DNA of 61,977 nucleotides, filler included, from Dirinaria sp. TL-2023a (GCA_051941275.1; 22 parts of 22 records of this genome joined end to end with filler, not necessarily neighbours in it); one strand, 5' to 3'; positions 37,098-48,949 are shown, numbered from the whole stretch's first letter. Notes: generated by a model not told the origin, from the letters alone. Program-made: numbers and translations.

Positions 37098-39269
37098 ATG
37101 CTTGCAAACATGACATCCAGCAACACGATGACGATGCCTATGGAATTGAAGCCTCCTCCTGAGCGTATCTATGAGTATACCTCACTAGCTCTGCTTATTG
37201 ACGAAGTCAACAAGCATGCGGAGCAACAGGGCTACGCGGTAACGAGGGGACGCACCAAATGCTCTAAAAAAAAGATACTCATGAAGGCATGGCTTCGATG
37301 TGATCGCGGCGGCGTTGCAAAAGCACAAGGTCACGGTCATCGCAACACCGCGAGTAAACGTAATGAATGTCCCTTCATGTGTGTTGCGAAATTAGAAGAC
37401 AACAACGTTGATGACAACGACCTAGGAAACTGGATTTTGACCGTTCAATGCCCCGATCACAATCATCCTCCTACCAAACCATCTGCGCATGTTGTTCATC
37501 GAAAAGCAGCATTGGAAAACCCTATAGTTCAACGCGAAATCGCGAAAGAGTGGGAGAAAGGCAGCAGGGTCAAACAAAAACTAAAAGGCTTGCGCATGGA
37601 TCGAGAGGATCCTATATTCAAACCTCAGGATATCTGGAACGCGAACGCAGCATTGAAAGCACGTGCTTTAGGCTCTATGACTCCTACTCAGGCCTTGATG
37701 AAGTATCTTACAGAGTCTACAAAGTGGTATGTGGATTCCAAAAAAAAGGAGTACAACGATGAATTAGAATTTCTCTTCTTTACACCGGAATGCATGCAGA
37801 GTCTTCTCTGCGAGAATCCAGAAATTCTTATTATCGACGCAACCTACAAAACCAATCGATACAAAATGCCTCTTCTAATCGTCACCGGAGTTACCTCATT
37901 AGGGACCACTTTTTACGTCTCATTCTGCTTCATGAAAGGAGAGAGCTACAGCGATTATGAGTGGGTTATGAGAGCCATCAAACGTCTGTACGATCATCTA
38001 GGATTGCCGTACCCTATAACAGTTGTTTCCGACGGTGACAAGTCATTATCCTCAGCTCTATTTGGCGTTTTTGCAGAGGAGAACAATCATCGTGTGAATC
38101 ACTGTTTATGTCTATGGCATTTGAATCAAAATGTTATGGCTAACTGCAAGAAGTACTTCTCTACTAACGAGGAGTGGGAAGTGTTCTATCGACGATGGAA
38201 AGCACTTGCCTTCGCAGCAACAGTAGAATTACTTGAGCAGAGTTATCAAGCACTAAATGACGATTATCTAGACGTTGATGTGCGCATTTACACTTATCTT
38301 GAGGAAAATCTCTGGCCCACGAAAAGAAAATGGGCCAAATGCTACACCGACAAGTATTTACATTTTGGCAACACCGTTACCTCTCGCGGCGAAGGTGCAC
38401 ATAGTCAGATAAAGCAGGAGCTTCAATTTTCGACCGGAGATCTATATACAGTGGTCAACAAGCTAGAAAAGTTTCTCAACGGTCAATATCATAACTATGA
38501 GATTGAGTTGGAACAAGCAAAAGCACGTCTGCCAATGGAGCTTCGCGGAGTTTCTATATTTCGCGATGTTACTGCCTTTGTAACTCCATATGCTTTGCTC
38601 AAAGTTCATGCGCAGTTCAAACGACTCAAATTCGTGCCGACGGCCATCGAAGCCTGCACCAACACCTGTACAAGAACTATGGGGCTGCCATGCGCTCACA
38701 AGATACAAGATAGGTGGTATGATCGAGCAGGAGGTGGCATTTTGAAGCTGGAAGATATACACACTCACTGGTGGTTCAACAAACCCTATCGATCTACACT
38801 CGGGCAAACGGCGGAGCAAGAGAAGGAAAATCATACAATGAAGGACGATGAGGTAGTGGAAGTGCCTGCAACTCCTGCTGCAACTTTTGCTGCAACTTTT
38901 ACAGCTTCAGATGATGTTCTACGAGTCACGGAACCCTCTGTTGTTAGATCAAAAGGTCGTCCATCAGGTTCACTCAACAAAGTATGGAGCGGAGCACCGC
39001 AGCGATCGTCGGCTTCGCAACAGCGACGTCAGCAGGCTTTTGAGAATTCTACTCAGCGAGAGCCGTCAGCCTTCGAATTTGCTCCGGAGCTTCCATCGAC
39101 TCAGACTACTCAGTCTGAGAGTCTGCAGAGTCAACGAGGTAGTGATCAGACTAGAGGACGACGAGGTCCACTAGGTCCACGAGGTCCACGAGGTACACGC
39201 GGTGGACGAGGTCGCGGCGGCGAGGTATCAGGGGTTCCTGGGGCCTATATGACTACATTTCAGATGTAA
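37098..39269 (+). CDS. MULE transposase, 723 aa (FAR1-type N-terminal zinc finger, MULE DDE domain, SWIM finger)
   Basis: WLRCDRGG..CPF..HNH; IIDATYKTNRYKMPL; VSDGDK; CLWH; TSRGEGAHSQIK; CTNTC..GLPCAH; KGRP AT-hook-like motif. Confidence 0.95.
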   Translation: MLANMTSSNTMTMPMELKPPPERIYEYTSLALLIDEVNKHAEQQGYAVTRGRTKCSKKKILMKAWLRCDRGGVAKAQGHGHRNTASKRNECPFMCVAKLEDNNVDDNDLGNWILTVQCPDHNHPPTKPSAHVVHRKAALENPIVQREIAKEWEKGSRVKQKLKGLRMDREDPIFKPQDIWNANAALKARALGSMTPTQALMKYLTESTKWYVDSKKKEYNDELEFLFFTPECMQSLLCENPEILIIDATYKTNRYKMPLLIVTGVTSLGTTFYVSFCFMKGESYSDYEWVMRAIKRLYDHLGLPYPITVVSDGDKSLSSALFGVFAEENNHRVNHCLCLWHLNQNVMANCKKYFSTNEEWEVFYRRWKALAFAATVELLEQSYQALNDDYLDVDVRIYTYLEENLWPTKRKWAKCYTDKYLHFGNTVTSRGEGAHSQIKQELQFSTGDLYTVVNKLEKFLNGQYHNYEIELEQAKARLPMELRGVSIFRDVTAFVTPYALLKVHAQFKRLKFVPTAIEACTNTCTRTMGLPCAHKIQDRWYDRAGGGILKLEDIHTHWWFNKPYRSTLGQTAEQEKENHTMKDDEVVEVPATPAATFAATFTASDDVLRVTEPSVVRSKGRPSGSLNKVWSGAPQRSSASQQRRQQAFENSTQREPSAFEFAPELPSTQTTQSESLQSQRGSDQTRGRRGPLGPRGPRGTRGGRGRGGEVSGVPGAYMTTFQM

Positions 39270-39385
39270 AATGAGTCTACCCTGCCTGCCTTACTATGTA
39301 CATTAGACAATTGCTTTTTGCATGCCAATTGAAGCTTCCAAATTTTATGTTTCAGATTTTTAATAAACAGTGTAAACAGTGAGTT

Positions 39386-39541
39386 ATTTGGTGGTAAAAC
39401 TCCTGAGTTTCAAAAAATCTCGGGGTGATTACCCGATTAGGTCTAGGGGCTGCCTAGATAGGTTTAGTGGGGAGGGTGGTGTGCGAGCAAAGTGTAGGTG
39501 GTGTGCGAGCAAAGTAGGGTGGTGTACACCTAGTGGGAGCC
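39386..39541 (-). repeat. Right TIR of MULE
   Basis: Inverted match to 36903-37058 with 7 mismatches. Confidence 0.95.
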
Positions 39542-39713
39542 TTCTTCCTACGTCTAGCTCTTCTACTTTAAGCGAAGTCGGGTACAAGTAAGCTCTGTAC
39601 TAGAGAACATTGTNNNNNNNNNNNNNNNNNNNNNNNNNNNNNNNNNNNNNNNNNNNNTTAATTAATTAANNNNNNNNNNNNNNNNNNNNNNNNNNNNNNN
39701 NNNNNNNNNNNNN

Positions 39714-41976
39714 GGCTAAAGTCAACAGAAGATGTTATTATAGAGAGATCCGCGAGGTTCAATTGACTAGCTTCGAAAGATTGGGCCTTCGTGATCTTAG
39801 TAATGTCCTTATCGACGATACTTGCGAAAGTCTTCCGCGGCTTACGCGGACAAATGAGTAGGTGTTTATGTAACTTATTCCCGAACACGAAGATCTTCTT
39901 GCAATGCTTGCATCGTGATAGATCGGCAGAAGAAGTAAATAGAGTCGTGATATCGTTCTGATATTTCTCGTACTCAGAATTTCAATAGTCTAGATCATTC
40001 GTGATCTGATTTTCATCGTGATAGTCCGTCATTGAGAGCTCCGCATGATCCGAATGATCATCGTCATCGACCTGCTCTGCTCTCATGTTGTAGTAGCTCT
40101 CGTTCGTCTCTTTCTTCAACACGTATGCCCTGCCTTTTTCACCTCGATTGTCCTTATTGTCGCCTCCTCTTGATTGCTGATCTTTCTGCGGTGACCGCGT
40201 ATCTGATCGATTCTGATTTCTGAAATCGAACGCGTTTGCGCTTTCTGACGTCAGAAGCAGAGGCTGCCTCGCGAATGACAAGACAGAAGAGACAGATGAT
40301 GCCCGCGGCGTTTGTTGAGAATAACGCGAATCGGCGCTGTAAGACTGTCGATACTGATTTTGATAAGCATTGTTCTGAAATGACGGATTTTGAAACTGAT
40401 AAGTAGTGAAATCACGCGGAAGGTACTGAGAATAAGAAGTGACAAAACGATCGTTCGATCGCTCTGATCGACTCTCTTGCCGTGGTTGCTTACTAGATTG
40501 ACGAATGTTTCTAGACGTATTGATCGCGTTGCTGAGATATCGTCTGCTGATCATAAGTTGTCAAATCGTGATCTTCTCATCTAACTGCTTCATAAATTGC
40601 TGCAAGGTGATGCTGAGTTTGAGTTTCGATATTTGTGCTTGAAACTCGATATCTAAATTATCTCATGCACGCAGCAATTGATTGTAGATCGACTCGTAGT
40701 TAGATGCTCTAGCATACAGCAGAATATTCTGCACATATGCCCTTGGCGACCTACCATTGCGTGCGTCGGTCATGATGTAACGCTTCGCCTTCATGACTTT
40801 CTGAGCAGGCAAGCTCAGTTGCTTGAACCGCTCAATAAGACGTCGGGACCACGTATCGACGATAGCGTCTCGAAAAAAATTCTTTTCGACTGAAGTAAGT
40901 TCGACGTCATATCACTTGAGTGCCCCGTCTTTGAAGATATCAGGCAACAATTCACGAAGCCTCGCCTCGTCTAGCGGTTCTCGAACTAGGTGCTTCAATC
41001 GATCGATAAAGATGTACACGTCACGATAAAACGTGTGCCGACCTATCGTGATCATGAACGAGTTAGTATTAGTTGGGTCCTCATAGTCCGAATCGAAGTA
41101 ATCAATATTCTCGACGGACTTAATAGTCGACAACGAAGCAGACGACACATTGACAAATGAGGACTGATTGAAACTACCCGAGCCATCGTTTCAATTGAAC
41201 GGAGCGAACGATTGTGATGCTTGCTGAGGCTGCGAAGCCGATTGAGGTTGAGATTGAGTGCTTCGAAGCATCTCTGCAACTATGAATGTCAATTCTCGTC
41301 TTTCGGCATCACTAAATGCCCTATTGAAACTTGTACCAAATGTGCCAGCTTCAAGATTGCTTTGACCCGTGCCAAACGTACTATGTGATCTATTGAATGG
41401 CTCGGCATCTGAACCAGAGTCATTGGAGTCAGCATTTTCAACATTGTTGCCGGGATCGCCGCTATCAGATGCAGAGATCATGTTGAATTTCGATCTGAGA
41501 ATGTCTTCCGTGATGCCGGAAGGAGCTGCTGACTCAGAAGATGCCGACGAAGTAGAAGATGCTGACGAGATGAAGGAATCGTGACTAGAAGAAACGTGAC
41601 TAAAAGAAACGTCACTGATAAAAAGATCAGCACTCTGCTCAAACTTCTTCACGACCTTTTTGAACGCAGATCGATCAGTAACCCACTCTTCAGATCAACA
41701 ACGTGCCTCAATTGCAGCGCTGTTTGCAGTAGTACGCTCGATACGAGTGAATGAATCGATCGAGAAAGAACGTCTGAACAACGCGAGATACAAATCGGAG
41801 ACTATAATCACTATCTGCTCAATAGTATCCCGTGTTCGATTGAATACAATATCACCGTAGCGATGATCAGTAGATAAGAACTCCGCTAACTGACGAGCAA
41901 GAATGGCAGTACTGCGGTTCAATTGAGCTGACGCTATGAACGATGTGGACGCCGACGCCAGCTTGACAGAAGGCAC
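39714..41976 (-). pseudogene. Decayed gag-like ORF of a Ty3/gypsy-type retrotransposon
   Basis: Five ORF-track pieces share one frame broken by six TGA stops; IDYFD..FYRDVYIFIDRLK..ALK*Y..LIERFK..PRAYVQ; C-terminal CKHC..LHKHLLIC zinc finger. Confidence 0.75.
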
Positions 41977-41986
41977 AGCGAGTGTC

Positions 41987-42420
41987 TGTGAAAGAATTCC
42001 GAGAAAAAGAACTCGACACCGCAGTAAAGAAAGTGCCTGTAAAAGGGTTCCGATACCAAATTGATGAACTTGACTCGAAAGAAGAACAAGAAAGCAGAGT
42101 CGTTCAGAGACAAATCATCGTGCCTGAGAAAAGGTTCCCAAGAAAGAAGCACAGTAAAGAACGACAATGAAATAGATACAGGGACGGCGATACAAGAAAC
42201 AATGATGCAGAGAAACACATCGAGCAAGATGATGACTAGAAAGTCTGATGACCAAGATGATCTGATGAAGCACAACCGCAAGATGTTGATGCTATCAGTT
42301 GTTGTGATGCCAAATAGCAACGTCCAAAAAGTGGGAGAATGAGTGTATTCAAGTCTAAGTTGCTAAGTCCAGAAGGACCGTCTATATACCAGGAAAGCTA
42401 GCTAGTCTAGATGTGATATA
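41987..42420 (-). mobile_element. Probable 5' LTR (partial) upstream of the gag remnant
   Basis: Minus strand has TATATAGA near 42385, a T-rich body and a ..TTTCACA end just before the gag frame. Confidence 0.45.
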
Positions 42421-42711
42421 NNNNNNNNNNNNNNNNNNNNNNNNNNNNNNNNNNNNNNNNNNNNTTAATTAATTAANNNNNNNNNNNNNNNNNNNNNNNN
42501 NNNNNNNNNNNNNNNNNNNNAATTATTGCAAACATCGATCCTTGAAATCCGTCACATCATTGAAAGTACATCAAATAGCTTTCCGCTAAAGATGACAAGC
42601 CCCCCTGGGCTTGACCAAGTATGCGTAATGCTTTCGATCAAATCGCCCCTATACAAGCCCAATGAAAAGAGTATACACCCAAGAGCCGGATTGAAGGAGT
42701 CATACAGATCA

Positions 42712-43641
42712 TCATGAAGGCAGTTCTTGTCTGACCACTCTCCTCCGATCTTGCTCCTGCTCCTGCGCGTTCTCCATCGGCATCTCCGCCCTTGGAAGCG
42801 AATCCAATTCTGTATCACCACCTTCCCGGGCTTTCCTGTCACTGCTGTAATATTCTGCGGGGACTTCGGCAGGCTTTCCGTTCGCATCCATTTCCGAATA
42901 TTTCATACCGAAACGACTCCGCTGACCACTGCCAGGTCTCCTTCGTCTCCAGAGAAAGAATGCCAAGCCCGCAAGCAGTGCCAACGCCACCAGACCACCA
43001 ATGACACCACCCACAATGGCCCCTGTGTTCGAGCTTTTCTTCGATGGTTGGGGTGTTGCTGATGCCGTAAGTGTAGTTGCGCCGGGCCTAGTGGATGTAG
43101 CAGCGACTGCGGTGGGCTGTGCGGAATTTGTGGTCGATGTCCTAGATTTTGTAGATGCCGAGGATGTTGAGACAGCAGCTGACGTTGAGGCAGAAGGGTT
43201 ATTTTTCTGCGCAAACCCGTCCTCCAAAAAATAGCCTCCACCTTTCTGGCAACATGTTGCTGCCGCCGAGCCATGACCACAACAATAGCTGCCATCCGGG
43301 CATCGCGTAACAGTTACGCTGGTGTCGGAGCGGTTGGCGGGATTGTTAGCGTAAGGAAGGCCGGTGCCGTTGACGCAGAGTTTCGTGCAAGCAGGGCTCT
43401 GCCAGGATTGATCTGTGCAAAAGTCCCGCCAAGTGTTGCCGTCGTACCACCCTGAGTAGCAAAGCCCGTCGCTTACGCATGTATCCAGGATGTCGCAACA
43501 CATGCTGGCCTTGGCTTTCGCATTGCAGGCGACATATCGAGGGGACGAGTAGCCTGCATTTGCGTCGGTACCATTGGGATAGTAGCAATTCTGAGCGGCC
43601 GCCAAGGGAAGAAGTAGTAGAAGCAGGGCAAAGGCATCCAT
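42712..43641 (-). CDS. Single-pass cell-surface sensor-like protein (signal peptide, Cys-rich domain, Ser/Thr stalk, TM; Mid2/WSC-like architecture)
   Basis: MDAFALLLLLLPLAAAQ; CYYPNG..MCC..C..C..CTDQSW.SPAC..LC..C.DGSYCCG; GAIVGGVIGGLVALALLAGLAFFLWRRRR; EM/EL motifs in the tail. Confidence 0.85.
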   Translation of the reverse strand: MDAFALLLLLLPLAAAQNCYYPNGTDANAGYSSPRYVACNAKAKASMCCDILDTCVSDGLCYSGWYDGNTWRDFCTDQSWQSPACTKLCVNGTGLPYANNPANRSDTSVTVTRCPDGSYCCGHGSAAATCCQKGGGYFLEDGFAQKNNPSASTSAAVSTSSASTKSRTSTTNSAQPTAVAATSTRPGATTLTASATPQPSKKSSNTGAIVGGVIGGLVALALLAGLAFFLWRRRRPGSGQRSRFGMKYSEMDANGKPAEVPAEYYSSDRKAREGGDTELDSLPRAEMPMENAQEQEQDRRRVVRQELPS

Positions 43642-44519
43642 TGTGGGCTGGAGATAACAATCTCCTCTGAAGGGGAGGATATTCGAAGGTGCGATGGACG
43701 GATCAGGGCGGGCGTACAAGAAAGAACAAAGTCTCGATCCGTGAAAAGACAGAGTTGTACAAGCGCATAGTAGTGTGAGAAGTCTCCTCAGAGAGAAGCC
43801 ACCGAAGAGGCACAGGAGGCAGTAAGGTAGTAGTGGTAGGCTGAGAAGCTGAGCTGAAGACCGACCCTGCCATTGTGCGTACTACTGTACAGCAATCTCC
43901 ACCGGTTCACGGGGGATGGATCCGTCTCAAGTTATTAGCTTCAAGCTATGGCTGAGACTTAACTCGTTGCAGTAGTTAAAACGAGGAAATCCTTCAAGAG
44001 AGACGATGAAATTTAATAATGAAGAGTGGGAAACGCTGGTTGGAGCTTGGCGCTCATGCAAAGTCAGCAGCCGCCAGCCAGGGGGAGGCAGGAAGCTTGG
44101 AAGCTTGCTCGGCTTGGTGCGGACGGGGAACACAACGTGGCACCCCGCGAAGACCGCTAGGCTCTAGCTGAAGAAAATCCTTGGCGGCGGTTAACTGTAC
44201 GTTTCGGTAGGATCACGATTAGAGGGGAAAGTGCCCTTAGCCTCCGTACCTTTAATTATGCGGTGCATACCTATCAATGCATTGAAGTATTTGAACTCAT
44301 CCATATCATTCTTTGGTACTCCGTACTTTAGTACACATGGCGGAGGTGAAGCATCATCAAAACTCCAAGCCCATGTCTGTAGCAATCTATGGCGAACATA
44401 GAACGGTGTTTCATTCTTAACCCCTCCCCCAAATTTCAAGGGACTTATGCAACACATCAAAATCCTGTGACGTAAAGTACATTCCACAAACAAGCAGCTC
44501 CACACTGGCCTGCATTTGT

Positions 44520-45212
44520 CTACTTTCGAGGGGAATAGCTAGAGTCAACCGCACCACCAAGGACTTCGAGGGCTTCATCAGCAGTCTGCTCTTCGACCTT
44601 GTCGTCATCATCTTCAACGAGCGTAACATTGTTTATAGGCTCCGGCTTGGTCTGCGACGGCGCCTTAGCAGGAAGAGGGTGGTATAAATTATGTGTGGGC
44701 CACTGATCTGAACGGAACAAAGCGTCTTCTCTCTGGGATCGACTTGAAATCGGACCTTGAACATGTAGCGATTGATTATCAAGTCGTGAGGCGTAATCTC
44801 CCGAAATGTCCTGCTCTGCGCGCGCCCGAAGCAGAGCCGCGCGTCGCTGAGCTTCCAATTGGGCAAGATGTTGACGATTGTAATATGATTGTTGCTGCGC
44901 AGCCGAATCGCTCACTCTCTGTGATTGAAAGTCTCGGTATTGTCCTGAACATGCCTGCATTGGCTGCAGCGGGACCAGCCGCTGAGCCTCTGACCGAGCA
45001 AGCTGTTGATGATTCCCATGTGATTGTTGCCGTGCAGTCCTATGTGTCATATTTTGCGATTCAAACGCTCGATATTGTCCTGAAGCATGCTGCGCTTGCA
45101 TTTGCGGCACCATCTCGCGCTGAACCTGGGGACGATATTGACACGTGAAGTTGCTGCCGTCATCCCTCCGAAACCTTCCGTCAGCACCATATTGATCAAC
45201 AAAGAAAGGCAT
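44520..45212 (-). CDS. Hypothetical Gln-rich protein with an internal ~40-aa duplication
   Basis: 230-aa ATG ORF; ASGQYRAFESQ..QQSHGNHQQLARSEAQR / CSGQYRDFQSQ..QQSYYNRQHLAQLEAQR. Confidence 0.45.
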   Translation of the reverse strand: MPFFVDQYGADGRFRRDDGSNFTCQYRPQVQREMVPQMQAQHASGQYRAFESQNMTHRTARQQSHGNHQQLARSEAQRLVPLQPMQACSGQYRDFQSQRVSDSAAQQQSYYNRQHLAQLEAQRRAALLRARAEQDISGDYASRLDNQSLHVQGPISSRSQREDALFRSDQWPTHNLYHPLPAKAPSQTKPEPINNVTLVEDDDDKVEEQTADEALEVLGGAVDSSYSPRK

Positions 45213-45814
45213 TCCTTGGGCNNNNNNNNNNNNNNNNNNNNNNNNNNNNNNNNNNNNNNNNNNNNTTAATTAATTAANNNNNNNNNNNNNNNNNNNNNNN
45301 NNNNNNNNNNNNNNNNNNNNNCACGGAATCCAAGCCCAAGGACCTATCCATCTCAATGCAAAGGGCCCCTTCGGGTGGGGAGAATATATGTAAGGTAGTA
45401 TATGTACCATCACCCTTGTCGGCGCATATCGAAATTGGCATTTGAATTAGTGCGACAGGAAGGACTAGAGATGCATGTTATATGCATGGGAGATCGCGAA
45501 GCTGCCACAAGGGGGAGAGATGCTTGTCAGTAGTGGGCTATGAAGATGACTTTCACACGGCTGATCAGATGAGAGTCTCGAGCTGCTGTTCGGGTGCCCG
45601 ATGGAGGTTCAAACACTGGAAAAGGCTTACTGCATTGCACGATTTCGGGCTTGTATCACCCAAAGTTGCTGCTCAATGGCTGGATCCTTACGGGGTAATA
45701 TATCTCTTATCTCATGGCTTACAAGCAGGCATGCTCCCTAAGCACATTCCTTAACGACTACTAACCCCGTGTTTTCCGAGGCAAATTCGCCATGCCATTC
45801 TCATTTTTTAGGTC

Positions 45815-47342
45815 ATGGGCCCTCTCGAAAGACACATACTCGTTGACAGACAACGCTTAGAAAATGCACCCAACGACCTGATCCTTCCTCAGCAATCCAA
45901 TCATAAGCCGGACCTGGAACCACAGCCCATAGCGGGAGCGGAAGACGCACGTTCCCCCGAGCCGGAATGCCCCGGTCTGGTTAGAGATTCATGGTCTGCG
46001 TCGAACTCGCCAAGGGGTAGTGCGCAGTTCTCTACTACTTCATCCACGACCGCTTCTCTCCCGAATAGTAGTGTGGGTTCAAGCATTGCAAGTACAGCTC
46101 CTCAACCCTATTCCAGCAATGCTCAACTGAAACCCTCGCTCTTAGGCCCTCGAAAGGTGCCAATCTACAGACGGTTAACGCGTGCGATCAGCAAATTTAA
46201 CAACCATAATTCGAATTTTCATTGGATCCGACCGGCCTATGGTCCTCACATCAAGCAACGCCTTCGTCCTCGTCAGCTAGACCAGCCTGTTGTGCGCACA
46301 TCACTCTAACGTCTCTTCAGTAAGCGACTACCCCCCCGGCTATGGGAAGCTTGCCGCCATCGAGGGATGTAATCCCAATTTTCTCATCTATCGCAAATTT
46401 CTTTGGCTTCACAACCGACTTCTCTTGCACAAGCAGGACGAACTTATGCAACTCGAACGATATCTTGAAAGTCTCGATCAGCACGACTCCGTGGCCGATC
46501 CCAGACGACTCAAATCAAGTCGGCGAGATGAATTCAAACCAACTTATCGCAAGGATCTCTTGAAGGAAATTGACGCAAAGCTTAATGAATATCGTGGGTA
46601 CCTCCTGGCAACTCCGCTGGCATTGAGCCTTCTGACTTTGCAGATGCATTGCTACTTCGCATGCAGCAAGTGCACGCCATCAAGCGGCCGACCAAGCGCA
46701 ATCAAACAAGCTTGAACAACTTCATTTGTCATACCGATAGCCAGCTTAGCAGTGAAGCGCAGTGGATTTCCATGGGACCAGATCTGGCAGCTGTAGCTCA
46801 CGACCAGGAATATGGCTGGTTTCAAAACTTTGTCGAGGACATGATGATCAAGTTTTCTAAATCTGCTACCAAGGCAAGCCCAACTCAGCGCCAAAGCTCA
46901 CAATTAGCACTCTCACAAAATCAACGTCCGCTCGCTCGATGTGAACTTGGAGTGTAACTGACATTGCCATACTCTACAGGCCGTCTTCCAGAATCGCGAG
47001 GAGAAGATAATCACCGGCGATATGCCAGATTTGTACCTCCTGTCGCCCTATCGGCTCGATGTACTGCTCCGTGCTCTCTCCACAATTATGGCTACAGCCT
47101 TGCTCCTTCTGCCGATTTTCATCCTTTACCGGTTTCAGCCCATGTACGAGCCTGAGTTGAAAAGTAGGGGCAAGATACAATTCTTGACCATCATCGCCTT
47201 CACGCTCGCATTCTCGACCGCCGTCTCTGTCTTCACCAGGGCAAAGAGGCAAGAGGTATTTGCCGCAACTGCGGCCTATTGCGCCGTGCTCGTTGTGTTC
47301 TTGGGAAATACGTCAAACGTGATAACTTCCAGTCCGCCTTGA
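45815..47342 (+). CDS. DUF6594-type membrane protein (multi-exon)
   Basis: DYPPGYGKLAA..NFLIYRKF.WLHNRLLLHKQDEL..LE..L..LD; C-terminal TMs ending RQEVFAATAAYCAVLVVFLG. Confidence 0.82.
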
Positions 47343-48949
47343 TTGGATAGGCCAACCTCTTCAGAGCTTTTGACAGATGTATAAGATTTTAATGCGGCTA
47401 TCAGATGGACTATCGACACCATAAAAGTATTTTGAAGGAGAAAAGGGGAGAAATAAAGCAACAACGACGTCTGTCCTTGCCTGGTTCAGCCTGCGGTTTC
47501 CAAAAACGCTCTCGTTATATTACACCGCTAATTATGAAAGGTTTTTTTCAGCATGGGATTTCAGTATAAGAGTAAGGGAAAAGATGATGGATTAGAGTAT
47601 GAATACCCAAGGCAACGGCGCCTTTCGTTAGATCAATCATGCTCGACTCAAAACGCGAACAGGAGCAGGATATCACAGGTAAGCATTCCCCCGCAGAGGG
47701 GAAATTCGGTGATCAGGTCATCATGCTAGTAAACATCAGCGCCTCTCATTCACTAATTAATAAGGAAAAATCATATCTCGGAATTCCTATATTCTTCCGC
47801 TCCTACACATGAGGGTTTTTGATCCATTGTACTGGACCTTGCCCGGTCCCCGAACGCAGGGTTAGGGTTATATCATAACATCATCCCATTAGGTAAGGTG
47901 AATTAGGGTACCTATCTAGGTCCTGAAACCCTAAGGTAGATAACAGCAAGACGGGATAGATGCCTTGTGCCCTCTATGCGTGTCTTAAGGTAAGCCACTA
48001 AAACTCAGGCGACATCACGTNNNNNNNNNNNNNNNNNNNNNNNNNNNNNNNNNNNNNNNNNNNNTTAATTAATTAANNNNNNNNNNNNNNNNNNNNNNNN
48101 NNNNNNNNNNNNNNNNNNNNCGTGCTGTGCACTGGGGAAGCTGATCACCAGCTCGTTCCGGACAAAGCACCAGCGCGAACTGATTGATACTTTGGAGTTT
48201 TCATGGGCCATGGCTGAATAAAATCATCGGCAGCCCTGAGGCTACTATCGAACGTGGGAGCGATGCAGTGCACGAAATACAGAGACAAAAAGTTCTGTTT
48301 GCGCAAGCGGTTTGAGGCTACGGCCACAGCGAATTTACCTCCGACACAAGGGCAAATAAGTCGACAAGCCGCCTTATATCTACTTCGAGCAGATCCTAGC
48401 TTTATGGGCGATTTCATCACACTGAGGGATGTCATCTCCGCCGACATACTATACTATATACTTACGTTATGCAGTGCTGACGGCAGCTGGAGACGAAAAT
48501 GGACGGCGGCACAGCCTGGCAGCCTCAACCCGGCACTAGCTGAATGCTGTCACTCGTGCATTAGGTTGTCCACAGCCACTCCTAAGGCACCTTACCACGT
48601 ACGTCCTCGAAGCCAGGCGTCACTCCTTTCGTAAGGTACAGTACCTTCCCACCACCTTGTCTAAGCGAGCTGAGGTGCTGGGCAGATAATGGTCACGTAA
48701 TCTTTGCCTTGACTTCCGAAGTCGTTTCCACACTCCATTCATAGTTCGCAGGCTACATGTAAGTAGTATTGAAGAATTCAGCCTTGCAAAACGGAGTCCT
48801 TATATCAATACGTCCTCGGTCCAATAAATCGACTGACTCTGGTAGCGGACCAGACTTCTTGCGTACAACCAATAGGTGGCAGAGAGCACAGAAGCCAGCT
48901 CCAGTAAAAAAATTTTCCATCTTCAAAGTCTCCGAGTGCGTAATTAGTC

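Larger units (their letters stand above)
36903..39541 (+). mobile_element. Complete Mutator/MULE DNA transposon, 2639 bp
   Basis: 156-bp TIRs (36903-37058 / 39386-39541) enclosing one uninterrupted transposase ORF. Confidence 0.95.

Noticed and set aside
39714..41976. TGA read as Trp (alternative genetic code or organellar origin)
   Set aside because: TGG codons are also present, TGA is used as a true stop in neighbouring genes, and accompanying Pro>Ser and Gly>Asp/Glu changes indicate mutational decay
47859..47870. GGGTTAGGGTTA telomere-like repeat or telomerase RNA template
   Set aside because: Only two units and no recognisable telomerase RNA structure; compatible with chance
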